From contig JBHYGA010000004.1 of assembly GCA_051859245.1 (NCBI GenBank), forward strand, positions 932,030 through 996,029: a stretch of DNA of 64,000 nt, written 5' to 3'. This stretch comes from Gemmatimonadaceae bacterium (lineage in GTDB: Bacteria > Gemmatimonadota > Gemmatimonadetes > Gemmatimonadales > Gemmatimonadaceae). A program made the position numbers and the translations under genes. Every line of letters begins with the position of its first letter. The first letter of the stretch is position 1. This document shows positions 39,796-50,488 of this stretch, piece after piece. The notes under the pieces are model-generated. The model did not search any database. It was not told the DNA's origin and saw only the letters and a program-made list of their open reading frames with translations.

Positions 39796-41262
39796 ATGTC
39801 TTCTCGCATCACGATCGCACTGCTCTGCAGTGTGATCGCGCCGGCCGCCTTGTTTGCCCAAAGCACACCGCGCGCACAATCAACTGACACGGTTCGTCTG
39901 TCGATCGAACTCGCGCTGGAACGCGTGACGGGCGAATCGGAAGAAGTGCGTCTCGCACGCAGCGGCGTGCAGATGGCCGACGCGCAGGTCAAAGCCGCCG
40001 TTGCGTCCGCGTTGCCACAACTTGATGGCAACGCCACGTACACGCGCACGTTCGCCACACCATTTGCCGTGCGCTCCGCACCAACACCCGACTCGCTGCA
40101 GTTCAATCCGGATCCGTCGCTACCGTTGGCCGATCGTGTGGCCTATCTGGAGCAGAACGCCGATCTGGCCGGTCTCGGCGGACTCGGGGCGCTGTTTGGT
40201 AACCTGCCCTTTGGTCAGGCAAACACGTACATCGCATCACTGTCCCTTTCGCAGCCGCTGTACACCGCCGGCCGTGTTGGTGCCGCACTCAAGATCGCGC
40301 GCGAATATAAGGCCGCGTCGGAGTACGAGCTGACAGAGCAGATGGCAGAAGCCGAGCGCAACGTGCGTCGCGCGTATTTCACCGCGCTGCTTGCCCAGGA
40401 ACTCGAACGAATTGCAGATACATCACTTTCGCAGGCCACGCAGTTCCGCGATGTCGTTCGCTTGCAGCTCGAGGCCGGACAAGCGTCGGAGCTCGACCTG
40501 CTACGCGCGGAGGTCTCCCTCGAGAACCTGCAGCCACAGCTCGTCGCCGCGCGTAACTCAGCGTCTCTGGCGCTGCTCGAACTCAAGCGACTGGTGAACC
40601 TGAGTGTGGACACGCCGCTGCAGCTCACGACAACACTCGCCGTGTCCAATGCACAATTGGCCGAAGCCGCACGCGGAGGAGATCCGGGTCTCCTCATGGA
40701 TCGCGCGGCCATGCGCGTGGCCGAACGCACCGTCAAGATCCGCGAGTCGCAGCTCGATATCGCCAGTAAAGCGTGGCTGCCGTCGCTCGACTTTCGCATG
40801 GCGTACGGCCGACAGATTTTTCCGTCCACGGTGTTTGGGTTCAACAGCACCCCATGGCGAACCGACTGGACGGCGTCACTGGCGCTGACCGTGCCAATCT
40901 TTGACGGTTTCCGCCGCAACTCGGAGAAGGCGCAGGCGCAGATCACGCTCGATCAGGAGCGCCTGCGACTCTCGCAACTCGGTGAATCGCTACGCCTGCA
41001 GTATGAGCAGGCGATTGGCGAACGCCAGCGCGCCGCGTCGGCCATTGCTGCACGCGCTCGCACGGTGGAGCAAGCAGATCGCGTGTATTCCCTCACCGTC
41101 CTGCGGTTTGAGCGCGGATTGTCCACGCAACTTGAAGTGTCCGACGCGCGTCTCGCGCTTTTGCAGGCTCGAACCAACTACGCCCAGTCTGTGGCTGACC
41201 TGCTGCTCGCCGACGCCGATGTCGCGCGTGCGCTCGCCGGTACCGCTGGACGCAACCGATAG
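39796..41262 (+). CDS. TolC family outer membrane efflux protein
   Basis: 488 aa. Signal peptide, duplicated OEP repeats (ALPQLD...LSQPLY; WLPSLD...TVPIFDG). Confidence 0.92.
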   Translation: MSSRITIALLCSVIAPAALFAQSTPRAQSTDTVRLSIELALERVTGESEEVRLARSGVQMADAQVKAAVASALPQLDGNATYTRTFATPFAVRSAPTPDSLQFNPDPSLPLADRVAYLEQNADLAGLGGLGALFGNLPFGQANTYIASLSLSQPLYTAGRVGAALKIAREYKAASEYELTEQMAEAERNVRRAYFTALLAQELERIADTSLSQATQFRDVVRLQLEAGQASELDLLRAEVSLENLQPQLVAARNSASLALLELKRLVNLSVDTPLQLTTTLAVSNAQLAEAARGGDPGLLMDRAAMRVAERTVKIRESQLDIASKAWLPSLDFRMAYGRQIFPSTVFGFNSTPWRTDWTASLALTVPIFDGFRRNSEKAQAQITLDQERLRLSQLGESLRLQYEQAIGERQRAASAIAARARTVEQADRVYSLTVLRFERGLSTQLEVSDARLALLQARTNYAQSVADLLLADADVARALAGTAGRNR

Positions 41263-41268
41263 ATCTTT

Positions 41269-42480
41269 ATGACTGCGCTCCCCGCTTCTGCACCCATGTT
41301 TGCAACACCTGCAGCGCAACGCATGCAAAGTCGTGCTCGTTCGTTGCTGCTGCTTGCCCTCGCCGCCAGCGCGGTCGCCTGCGGTGGTGATAGCGAATCG
41401 GCTGAGGCCACCGATACCGCAACACCATCAGTGGTCGCGCTCACGCCCGCCGACATCGGCGAGGCGCGTCTCGACACCATTGCTGGCGGCGTGCTGTTGA
41501 GCGGGGCGCTCGAACCCGCACGCCGCGTCATGCTGAAAGCACAAATCGACGGCACGATTGGCTCGTTGCTCGTTGACCGTGGTTCTGCTGTTCGGAAGGG
41601 ACAACTGCTGCTCACGATCAATGCCGAAGGCATTCGCGATCAGGCGGCGAGCTCCGCGTCGGCAATTGCCGCGGCAAAAGCGGGCGTTGCCGTCGCCGAA
41701 CAACGTCGTGACGGGTCGCGCGCACTCTTCGCAAAAGGCGCGATTGCGGAGCTGGATCTGCGCGCCGCGGAAGCGCAATACGAAGCGGCCGTCGCAGATC
41801 TGGTGGCGGTGCAGGCCGGCGCCACCAGTGCGCAGGAGTCGGCCTCACGCACGCGCATTACGTCTCCCATTGATGGTGTGATCAGCGAGCGAGAGGTGCA
41901 GGTGGGTGAGCCGGTGAGCAACGGTGGCGCACTGCTGACCGTTGTCGACGTACGCACACTCGAACTCGCCGGTCAGGTTGGCGTGGATGTCGCGTCGCAA
42001 CTCAAGACCGGCATGAATGTGGAGTTTACCGTCGAATCGCGACCGGATCAGTCGTATCGCGGCCGTGTGGCGCGCATTGATCCGGAAGCGAACGCGGGAA
42101 CGCGACAGGTTGGTGTGTACATCGAACTGCCCAACACGAACCGCGAACTGACGGCCGGACAATACGCCACGGGACGTGTGCTGCTGGATACGCCGAGTGC
42201 GTTGGTGGTGGTGCCGAACGTGGCGGTGCGCATGCGTGACGGAAAGACCATGGTCGCGATTGTCGCGGATGGACAGATTCGTCTGCAGGAAGTCACGGTT
42301 GCCACTCGCGATGAAGCGCGAGGACTCGTTGGTCTCTCAAGCGGGCTCGACGCGGGCGCACGCATCCTCGTGATGCCAGGCAGTGGACTTGATCACGGCA
42401 CGCAGGTGCGCGTGGTGAACACCAGCTCGCCGAACGACAGTGGTCGTCCACCGGTGGCGCCGGTAGGAGAAAAGAACTGA
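41269..42480 (+). CDS. RND efflux periplasmic adaptor (MFP) lipoprotein
   Basis: 403 aa. AVAC lipobox, lipoyl-like halves, ITSPIDGVI, GRVARIDP. Confidence 0.92.
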   Translation: MTALPASAPMFATPAAQRMQSRARSLLLLALAASAVACGGDSESAEATDTATPSVVALTPADIGEARLDTIAGGVLLSGALEPARRVMLKAQIDGTIGSLLVDRGSAVRKGQLLLTINAEGIRDQAASSASAIAAAKAGVAVAEQRRDGSRALFAKGAIAELDLRAAEAQYEAAVADLVAVQAGATSAQESASRTRITSPIDGVISEREVQVGEPVSNGGALLTVVDVRTLELAGQVGVDVASQLKTGMNVEFTVESRPDQSYRGRVARIDPEANAGTRQVGVYIELPNTNRELTAGQYATGRVLLDTPSALVVVPNVAVRMRDGKTMVAIVADGQIRLQEVTVATRDEARGLVGLSSGLDAGARILVMPGSGLDHGTQVRVVNTSSPNDSGRPPVAPVGEKN

Positions 42481-45400
42481 TGTCTGAACAGCATGAAGAC
42501 CGCGCTGCCGCTGGCGGCAGCGTTAAAGGTGCGGCGGAGCAGGGCGGTGGACTCAGTGGCGTCGCCATTCGACGCCCGGTGTTCACCACCATGATCATGC
42601 TCGGACTGGTGGTGCTTGGATTGTTCGCGTACCGCGGACTGCCTATCGACCAGTTCCCGGATGTCAGCATTCCCGTGGTATCGGTGCAAACCACGTATCC
42701 GGGTGCCAGCGCCGAAACAGTTGAGCGCGAGGTCACGCGCCGACTGGAAGAAGCGTTCAATCCGGTGCAGGGCGTGAAGAAACTCACGTCCATCTCGCTG
42801 GAAGGTGTGTCGCAGGTGACGGTGGAGTTTGACCTCGGACGTGATGCCGATGCCGCATCGCAGGACCTGCGTTCCAAGATTGAACTCATTCGCCGTGATC
42901 TGCCAACGGATATTGATCCGCCGATTGTGCAGAAGTTCAACTCGTCAGATCTGCCGATCATTTCGCTCGCGCTTCGCTCCAAAACCGTTCCGCTCAGTGA
43001 ACTCACCACGATTGCCGACGAACCACTGCGCCGCCGCATGGAAGCGGTTGCTGGAGTTGGTGAAGTGCGCGTGTCGGGCGGTGTGCGTCGGCAGGTGAAT
43101 GTGTATCTGCAGCCGGAGCGCATGCGCGCACTCGGCATTACCGTGCCCGAAGTCATGGGCGCGTTGCAGCGGCAGAACCTCGAAGTGCCCGCGGGACGTC
43201 TTGAGCGCGGGTTGGCCGAACAACTCGTGCGCGTGACCGGACGTATTGACGACCCGGCGGGCTTTGAGCAGGTGATCATTGCCACCCGTGGTGCGAATCC
43301 CGTTCGCTTGCGCGATGTGGCGCGCGTGGAAGACGGTGTGGAAGAAAAGCGCTCGGTTGCACTCGTGAATGGTGAAGTGGCCGTTGCGCTGGACCTGCTC
43401 AAGGTCTCCGGCGCGAACACAGTGGAAGTGGCCGACGGTGTGACCGAAGCACTCGACGAAGCGCGGGCGCTGCTCCCACAAGGCGCAACGTTGCAGGTCG
43501 TGCGCGACAACTCCACCATGATCCGTCAATCGGTTGATGACGTCATCCATGAGCTGGTGCTTGGCGCGATTCTCACCGTGCTGATCGTGATGTTGTTCCT
43601 GAACGACATCAAGGCCACCGCCATTACGGCACTCGCGCTTCCGGTGTCGGTGATTTCGGCCTTCGTGCTGATGGGCATTCTGGGCTTCACGCTCAACGTT
43701 CTTACGCTGCTGGCCCTGTCGATCTCGATTGGTATCCTAATTGACGACGCGATTGTGGTGGTGGAAAACATTGTGCGTCGTCGGCAGATGGGCGACGACG
43801 TCTTCACTGCCGCACGCGAAGGCACACGCGAAATTGTGCTGGCGGTGTTGGCCACTACACTCTCCATCGTAGCCGTGTTTGTGCCGGTCGCGTTCATGAA
43901 AGGCATCATTGGCCGGTTCTTCTTTGAGTTCGGTCTGACTGTTGCGTGGGCGGTGCTCGTGTCGCTGTTCGTGTCGTTCACACTCACGCCAATGCTCAGC
44001 GCGTGGTGGGGTGTGTCGCCGCATACGGGTGAAGGCGGCAATGTGATCACGCGTAGCATCAGCCGTTTTAATCGCTGGTTCGACCAGCAGGCGCTGCGCT
44101 ATCGCGGACTGCTGCGGTGGGCGCTCGGACACCGTCGCAGCACCGTGTTGATGGCCGTGGTGGCGTTTGTCGGCGCCATGGCACTCTTCCCACTGGTTGG
44201 TGGATCGTTTTCGCCTGACAGCGATGACGGCGAGTTCATTGTAAAGTTTGAAACGCCGCAAGGTGCCAGCTTGCCGTACACGCAGGCCAAGGCCGAGCAG
44301 ATTGATGCGATGCTCACGGCCATGCCGGAAGTGTCGTACGTGTATACCACGGTGGGTGCGGGTGCGATTGGTACGGTTACCACCGGCGAAGCGTATGTGA
44401 AACTCGTGCCGTCCAACGAACGCACGCGTTCGCAGCTTGAGATGATCGCCGTCGCGCGAACCGCCATGCAAGACGTGGCAGGTGTGCAGTCGCAGGTTCT
44501 TTTGAGCGGCGGTCTCGGTGGCCCAGTGGCGCCGCTGCAGGTTGAACTGCGCGGACGTGATCTCGATACCCTCACCATGATTTCGGCGCAGGCGCTGGCC
44601 GCTGTTCGCGCACTCCCTGAAGTTGTGGATTCGCGCACCACACTTGGTGCACCGCGTCCCGAAGTACGCGTTGATCTGGATCGCGATGTCGCCAATCGTG
44701 TCGGACTCGATGTGGGTTCGCTCGCCGCGACAATTCGACCGCTCTTTGCGGGCGAAGTCGCTACACGTTGGGAAGATCCTACGGGTGAAGAGCGTGACGT
44801 GCGCGTGCAGCTCTCGCCCGAGTCGCGCGTATCGCGTACGGATCTGGCGCAGATTCCCGTGCCCACGGCAAGCGGCAATGCAAACGGAATCGCCAGCGTT
44901 CCGCTCGGTGATATTGCGCGACTGGAAGACGGATTTGCGCCGGCCGAAATCCGTCGTCAGGATTTGCAGCGCACGGTGATTGTGGAGGGCAGCCCGGCGC
45001 CAGGCGTGTCCATCTCGGTGGCGTCGGCCAAGCTGAACGAAGCGCTCAACACGCTCACACTTCCCGAGGGCTATCGCTTTCAGCTTGGCGGCGAAACAAA
45101 GGAGCTGGCCGAAACGGGTGGGTACGTGATCGAAGCGATCTTGCTGGCTGTGGTGCTCATCTTCCTGATTCTTGCATCACAGTTTGAGTCGTTCACGCAG
45201 CCAGTGGCGATTATGCTGTCACTGCCATTGTCGTTGATTGGCGTGCTTATCGCGCTGCTGCTGACGGGCGATACGATCAACATCATGTCCATGATTGGCG
45301 TGATCATGCTCTTTGGTCTAGTCACCAAGAACGCGATTCTGCTGGTGGACAACGCCAATGAACGACGACGCGAGGGCATGCCACGATTCGAGGCGCTTAT

Positions 45401-45686
45401 TGAAGCCGGTGCGGTGCGTTTACGTCCGATCATGATGACCACATTGGCCATGATTTTTGGCATGTTGCCGATTGCGCTCGCACTTGGACAGGGCGGCGGT
45501 TTCCGCGCACCAATGGCGCGCGCGGTAATCGGCGGCCTGATCACCAGTACGGCGCTCACACTGCTCGTTGTGCCGGTCGCGTACACGTATCTCGACGACC
45601 TCGGCGCGTGGGTGCTGTCGAAAGTGCGGAGAACCGGACGTCGTGCGAACACCGCTGAAATGCCAGTTCCGGTGGCGGGTGACTAG
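42480..45686 (+). CDS. RND efflux permease (AcrB/AcrD/AcrF family)
   Basis: 1068 aa. IRRPVF, GILIDDAIVVVEN, GLVTKNAILLVD, RLRPIMMTT. Confidence 0.95.
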   Translation: MSEQHEDRAAAGGSVKGAAEQGGGLSGVAIRRPVFTTMIMLGLVVLGLFAYRGLPIDQFPDVSIPVVSVQTTYPGASAETVEREVTRRLEEAFNPVQGVKKLTSISLEGVSQVTVEFDLGRDADAASQDLRSKIELIRRDLPTDIDPPIVQKFNSSDLPIISLALRSKTVPLSELTTIADEPLRRRMEAVAGVGEVRVSGGVRRQVNVYLQPERMRALGITVPEVMGALQRQNLEVPAGRLERGLAEQLVRVTGRIDDPAGFEQVIIATRGANPVRLRDVARVEDGVEEKRSVALVNGEVAVALDLLKVSGANTVEVADGVTEALDEARALLPQGATLQVVRDNSTMIRQSVDDVIHELVLGAILTVLIVMLFLNDIKATAITALALPVSVISAFVLMGILGFTLNVLTLLALSISIGILIDDAIVVVENIVRRRQMGDDVFTAAREGTREIVLAVLATTLSIVAVFVPVAFMKGIIGRFFFEFGLTVAWAVLVSLFVSFTLTPMLSAWWGVSPHTGEGGNVITRSISRFNRWFDQQALRYRGLLRWALGHRRSTVLMAVVAFVGAMALFPLVGGSFSPDSDDGEFIVKFETPQGASLPYTQAKAEQIDAMLTAMPEVSYVYTTVGAGAIGTVTTGEAYVKLVPSNERTRSQLEMIAVARTAMQDVAGVQSQVLLSGGLGGPVAPLQVELRGRDLDTLTMISAQALAAVRALPEVVDSRTTLGAPRPEVRVDLDRDVANRVGLDVGSLAATIRPLFAGEVATRWEDPTGEERDVRVQLSPESRVSRTDLAQIPVPTASGNANGIASVPLGDIARLEDGFAPAEIRRQDLQRTVIVEGSPAPGVSISVASAKLNEALNTLTLPEGYRFQLGGETKELAETGGYVIEAILLAVVLIFLILASQFESFTQPVAIMLSLPLSLIGVLIALLLTGDTINIMSMIGVIMLFGLVTKNAILLVDNANERRREGMPRFEALIEAGAVRLRPIMMTTLAMIFGMLPIALALGQGGGFRAPMARAVIGGLITSTALTLLVVPVAYTYLDDLGAWVLSKVRRTGRRANTAEMPVPVAGD

Positions 45687-45709
45687 TCCGATTCGCTCGG
45701 CGCGGAGTT

Positions 45710-45744
45710 GCTCCTGATGCCGCAGTTCCCTCAGCATCAGGAGC
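45710..45744. terminator. Hairpin between convergent genes (possible bidirectional terminator / minimal repeat copy)
   Basis: GCTCCTGATGC...GCATCAGGAGC 11-bp stem; contains GCCGCAGTTCCCTCAGCAT, identical to 39149-39167. Confidence 0.55.
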
Positions 45745-45777
45745 GTGTCCGCGATATGCCCCGCCCCCATCGCTGCT

Positions 45778-46386
45778 CTACAGATGCCGTGAAGCCCAGA
45801 TGAGGCGCTGCAGGATGCCGACGATCACACCGCCGGTCATGATCCACGCGAGCGTGACGTAGTGGTAGGGGAAGAGCAGGAAGAGTGAAAAGAAGATGAC
45901 CGTTTCGGTGCCGGCCACGAGACCGCGTGGCATCGTGACCGTGGTGAGTTCACCACGCGAAGTTGCGCCGGCGCCGCGCCGTTCAAGAATCGCCGAGAGG
46001 TACATCCACGACGCGGCGTTCACGAACCATGAGGCGAGCAGTACACTGCTGGCGAGCCAGCTGCTTCGCGTATCGAACGCGAGCGCAATACCGAGTGGCA
46101 TCGCGGCGTAGACCACGAAGTCAAGCAAAATGTCGAGATAGCCGCCCATGTCGGTCTGGCGATCATGCAGGCGCGCCACGGTGCCGTCAATACCATCGAG
46201 CAGTCGGTTGGCGATCCACAGTATGAGCGCGAATCGCCACGTCGCCTGGCTGGCCGCGACCGCTGCGCCGATACCGACCACGAGCGCGAGCAGGGTGATG
46301 GCCAAGGGTGAGCACCACGTACCCAGCCACTGCGCGAGTGGTGCGAGCCAGCGTTCTTTTCGAATGCGAAACCATTCGTCAAACAT
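45778..46386 (-). CDS. CDP-alcohol phosphatidyltransferase family protein (YnjF-like)
   Basis: 202 aa. Signature DGIDGTVAR...GGYLDILLD; GLVAGTET. Confidence 0.9.
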   Translation of the reverse strand: MFDEWFRIRKERWLAPLAQWLGTWCSPLAITLLALVVGIGAAVAASQATWRFALILWIANRLLDGIDGTVARLHDRQTDMGGYLDILLDFVVYAAMPLGIALAFDTRSSWLASSVLLASWFVNAASWMYLSAILERRGAGATSRGELTTVTMPRGLVAGTETVIFFSLFLLFPYHYVTLAWIMTGGVIVGILQRLIWASRHL

Positions 46387-46395
46387 TGTGGCGTC

Positions 46396-47508
46396 TCACG
46401 CAGGAAATAGGATCATGCCACGTACGTCGATGCACACAGTAACCTGTGAGCCGGTGGCCGGCACAGACATGGGGTCGATGAGCGCGTGGACCACGGCGTG
46501 AGGCAATTGGACCGCTGCCGTCGCGCTTCCTGCCCGGTGATTAATGCTGAGTACGCGGCCATCAGCGAGCGTGTGAATGTGCGGAGTGTCGCTGGCGCGG
46601 GTGTGATTCGCGGTTGACTCGCAACGTATGGCGTCGCTCCGAATGCCAAGCACAACGCGCTGCTGGTTTGCGTAGCCGGCGCTGCTCCGCGTGGGCAGCG
46701 CGCCCAGCACCGTGTCAATGCTGCTGTCGGATTCGCGAACCACTCCCTCAAACTCCTGATGCAATCCCAGAAAGCGCATCACGCCAACTGACGCTGGCGA
46801 TGCGAACAGCTCCAGCGCGGTTCCCACCTGCGCGATGGTGCGATCGAGCATGATCGCCATGCGATCGCCAAGCGACGTCGCATCATCGAGATCGTGGGTC
46901 ACGAGCAGCAGGCCGGCATCGCTCTCGGCGTGCGCCTCACGGATTGCGTCGCGCACATCACGTCGCAATACCGGATCGAGCGCCGAGAGTGGTTCGTCAA
47001 GCAGCAATACATGTGGCCTGGCGGCAAGTGCACGAGCCAGTGCCACGCGATGTTTCTGTCCACCGCTCAGTGTCTGTGGCGAGCGTTTGGCTAGCTCACC
47101 AAGGTGTAAACGTTCGAGCAGCGCCCGCACCACGCGCTCACGCTCCGCAGACGCCATGCCACGAATGGTGAGCGGAAACGCAACGTTGTCCTCTACGCTG
47201 AGGTGCGGAAAGAGCACCGGCGTTTGATGCAGATACACCGTACCGCGCGAGTGCGCGGCGACATCGGAGACGTCAATATTGCCAACGCGAATGTGTCCTG
47301 CGCTGATGGGCGTCAGGCCCGCAATCGCTCGCAGCAACGATGTCTTTCCCTCACCGGATGGCCCGAGTAACACCACGCGTTCACCACATGCCAAGCGCAA
47401 ACTGATGTCGTGCAGTCCGTGCGTGCGTGCCGCGTCACCGCGAGTATCGGGAGACGCAAACGGCACAGCCACTGCTTCAACGGAAAGCGCGTTGCCAGTG
47501 GGCGTCAT
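46396..47508 (-). CDS. ABC transporter ATP-binding protein
   Basis: 370 aa. GPSGEGKT, LSGGQKHR, LLLDEP, LVTHD. Confidence 0.93.
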   Translation of the reverse strand: MTPTGNALSVEAVAVPFASPDTRGDAARTHGLHDISLRLACGERVVLLGPSGEGKTSLLRAIAGLTPISAGHIRVGNIDVSDVAAHSRGTVYLHQTPVLFPHLSVEDNVAFPLTIRGMASAERERVVRALLERLHLGELAKRSPQTLSGGQKHRVALARALAARPHVLLLDEPLSALDPVLRRDVRDAIREAHAESDAGLLLVTHDLDDATSLGDRMAIMLDRTIAQVGTALELFASPASVGVMRFLGLHQEFEGVVRESDSSIDTVLGALPTRSSAGYANQQRVVLGIRSDAIRCESTANHTRASDTPHIHTLADGRVLSINHRAGSATAAVQLPHAVVHALIDPMSVPATGSQVTVCIDVRGMILFPA

Positions 47509-48323
47509 GTTGCAAGTGCGTCAGTGCGTCGCGCGCCAAGGCGCAAGGCGGCCAGTGCGGCAATCGCCGGTACAATGAGCAACAGGGCGCCTACAGCCGC
47601 CGGTCGATCCTGCCCGGCACGAACAAGCGTCAGTACTTCAATTGGCAACGTGCGCAGCGCTCCTCCGCCAACCACAAGCGTCAGTGCGACCTGCGTCCAC
47701 GAGATGAGAAAGGCAATCGCAAGTGCTTCGGCAATTGGTGCACGCAGCGACGGGACAATTACGCGTGTCCATGTGTTCCACGCCGACGCGCCGAGCGTAC
47801 GCGCTGCTTCTTCTGGTTCCGAGCCGCGGGTAGTAAACACGCCAAGAAAGAGCAGAGACACGTAGCCCACAGCGGGAACGGTGTGCGAAAGCCACACGCC
47901 AACCGACGTGCCCGCTATTCCCAGCCACAGTGTCAGAATCTGCAGACCCGCACCAAGTGCAATCGGCGGCGCTGCGACCGGAAGAAACACGAGCGCCGCG
48001 GCAACATGTCGCCAGCCACCGCGCAAACGGGCGAGTGATCGCCCAACAGGCAACGCGACCGCAACCGCAGCAACGGCGGTCGCCAGGCCCAACGCGACGC
48101 TCGTTACCGCGGCGCCTCCGAGCGAGCCGCTAACCACCGCACGCCATGACGATCCCGTAAAGCCAGACGGCAGGAGCGCGGGCCACCGCCAGCTCTCGCT
48201 GAATGATTGCACGAGCAGAATCGCAAACGGCAGGAACGTTGAAATGGCCAGTGCGGCAATCGCGACAACGCGCCATGGCGATGTGTCAGCTTTTGCATGC
48301 GCAATCTGCACAGGCGCCGTCAT
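47505..48323 (-). CDS. ABC transporter permease
   Basis: 272 aa. EEAARTLGAS EAA loop; WRWPALLP. Confidence 0.9.
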   Translation of the reverse strand: MTAPVQIAHAKADTSPWRVVAIAALAISTFLPFAILLVQSFSESWRWPALLPSGFTGSSWRAVVSGSLGGAAVTSVALGLATAVAAVAVALPVGRSLARLRGGWRHVAAALVFLPVAAPPIALGAGLQILTLWLGIAGTSVGVWLSHTVPAVGYVSLLFLGVFTTRGSEPEEAARTLGASAWNTWTRVIVPSLRAPIAEALAIAFLISWTQVALTLVVGGGALRTLPIEVLTLVRAGQDRPAAVGALLLIVPAIAALAALRLGARRTDALAT

Positions 48324-49174
48324 TTAACGAGTGAACCCCAACGCGCGCGTGCGACTTCGTGCGCGGCCACGGCAATCGCGGCCACGCCGAGTGCAACCAA
48401 CGCGAGTCCGTACGCTTCTCCGCGGCGCGAAAGCTGCGGGTCGGCGAAACGCTCCATGGTGAGTACCGGAAGCGGGGCCGGATCAATCGGGGCCAACAGC
48501 ACCGCCGACTCAAAGCTTCCGAATGCAAACACAAACGTTGCGATCACTGCCGGAAACAAGCCGCGCCACAACAACGGCCAGGTGATGGTGCGCGCCACAA
48601 CGCTCGGCGTTGCTCCAAGCGTGCGGGCTGCGTCTTCCAGATCGCGAGCAATGCCCGCGCGAAGGGCGATGGCTACAACGGCGAGAAAGGGTAGTTCCTT
48701 CCACGCAAGCGAAAGAATCAGCGCGACACCGCCTGAATCGTACACAAGCGCGGGCATGTTCGCGGGTGCGTCAATCACGCCGGCGCCGTGCAGTGCCCGG
48801 GCCAGCAACCCACTTTGACTGAGCACAAAAAGTGCGGTGGCCGCCGCGACAAGGTGGGGCACAGGAAGCGGCAGTGTGGCCAGCGATCGAGCCACACGAT
48901 CGCTTCGTGAGTGTGACGGAAAGAGCAGGGCAATGGCGACTGCAGCAGCGGCCGCAATCACGGTGCTGGTACACGCCACATAAAGCGACCAGGAAGTTGC
49001 GCGCCACGTGGTGCGATCGCCGAGCACGAAGAACAGGCGATCGGCATCGGCCACGGACGAGGCTCCGGCACCGGTGAGTCCGAGTACCGCGAGCGCGGAG
49101 TAGGCCACGCCGAAAAGCACCGGCGCGGCCACAAGCATCGCGATCAATAACGGAAAAGGCACACGCCGAGGCAT
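48320..49174 (-). CDS. ABC transporter permease
   Basis: 284 aa. PHLVAA, WKELPF, EDAARTLGAT EAA loop. Confidence 0.9.
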   Translation of the reverse strand: MPRRVPFPLLIAMLVAAPVLFGVAYSALAVLGLTGAGASSVADADRLFFVLGDRTTWRATSWSLYVACTSTVIAAAAAVAIALLFPSHSRSDRVARSLATLPLPVPHLVAAATALFVLSQSGLLARALHGAGVIDAPANMPALVYDSGGVALILSLAWKELPFLAVVAIALRAGIARDLEDAARTLGATPSVVARTITWPLLWRGLFPAVIATFVFAFGSFESAVLLAPIDPAPLPVLTMERFADPQLSRRGEAYGLALVALGVAAIAVAAHEVARARWGSLVK

Positions 49175-49199
49175 GTCCGAAGTTACGCCATGGGCGACA

Positions 49200-50447
49200 C
49201 TACGGCTCGCGAGGCGATGCTCCGGCGCGCGCCCAGTCTCGCCAATCCGCGTTCAGTCGCTCGTGATAACGCGGCGACACCTCAGGAACGGCGTATCGGC
49301 GCAGTGTGTCCCGAGGGATCGCGCGCGGATCCGCCTCGGCGTTCGCAAAACGTGAGCGCCACGGCTCAGGGACCGTGCGAACATTCAGCACCGTGCCATC
49401 TGCCCACACCTCGGGCTTTTGTTTCTCAAATTGCGCTTCGGCAGACAGGAGCAGGTTTGCGACCACCATCGCGCCGGCCGGATTGGGCGCATTCAAGGGA
49501 ATGCCCACGAAATGTGAGTTCGCAATGGTGCCGTCGCGCAATACCAGTGCACGAGCTGTACTCGGCAGTACCCCCTGGCGAATCTTGTTGACCACGTCGT
49601 GTTGATTGTTCGACATGGAAAAATCGATCTCTGAGTTCGCGAACAGGCGATGCATGGCCGCGACATCCGGCGGATACGTGCTGCCGTTTCGCCAGAAGCT
49701 GCTGCGCAACGAGTCGAGCCACGCAAACACCACCTGTCGACCAAGGTCGTAGCGCTCATCGGTGAACCCATTGGCGAACGCGCTTGCGCCTCCACCGCGG
49801 GCGTACATCAGCATCTTGAGAAACGTGATGCCGGAGAATCCTTGATCGTGTGTGAACCGGCCTGGATTCGATCGAATCCAGGCTGAGAGTTCGTCGAATG
49901 ACCGCGGCGGATTGGGTGTGCGTACGGTGTCGTAAATCAGCGCAAACTGCACCGAGCCCCACGGACTCTCAAAGCCGGCTGGGTCCTGCTCAAAGTCGCG
50001 TGCAATGATGGGCGACGCAGAGTCGATGAACGCGGCGTTCGGCAACACGCCCGCCCACGGCCCTGCCAGCAGCGACTCCGCGCGCAGATTGGAGAATGTC
50101 TCACCGTTGATCCACACGAGGCTCGCGGTGCCGCGTCCACGTCCCGCTTCGCGCTCGAGCACCAGCTGATTCACGATCTCCGGTCCTTGTCCCTCAACCG
50201 CTTCAAGGGTGATGCCGTACATCGTGCGCAAACGCGGGGCGAGCCAACCGTCAACGTAGGCGTTGATGGCCGGATCGCCTCGCCACTTGCGCCATGTCAC
50301 GGTCGTGCCGCGCGCGCGTGCTTCCACGCTGTCCCACGGCAGTGCGGTGAGTTGCGCAACTTCGGTCTGTGCCGATTGCTCTGCAGCGTCACCCGCGCAC
50401 GCCACGAGACACGTGGCGAGAAGAACGGATCGCAACACAGGGAACAT
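49200..50447 (-). CDS. ABC transporter substrate-binding lipoprotein (YnjB-like)
   Basis: Start set at ATG 50447. Lipobox LVAC, ARGTTVTW..WRGDPAIN, LVWINGETF, ESPWGSVQF, NPGRFT, GAMVVANLLLS. Confidence 0.85.
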   Translation of the reverse strand: MFPVLRSVLLATCLVACAGDAAEQSAQTEVAQLTALPWDSVEARARGTTVTWRKWRGDPAINAYVDGWLAPRLRTMYGITLEAVEGQGPEIVNQLVLEREAGRGRGTASLVWINGETFSNLRAESLLAGPWAGVLPNAAFIDSASPIIARDFEQDPAGFESPWGSVQFALIYDTVRTPNPPRSFDELSAWIRSNPGRFTHDQGFSGITFLKMLMYARGGGASAFANGFTDERYDLGRQVVFAWLDSLRSSFWRNGSTYPPDVAAMHRLFANSEIDFSMSNNQHDVVNKIRQGVLPSTARALVLRDGTIANSHFVGIPLNAPNPAGAMVVANLLLSAEAQFEKQKPEVWADGTVLNVRTVPEPWRSRFANAEADPRAIPRDTLRRYAVPEVSPRYHERLNADWRDWARAGASPREP

Positions 50448-50488
50448 CGGAACGCATGATCGCTTACTCAACAACGTGCGCACGCGCC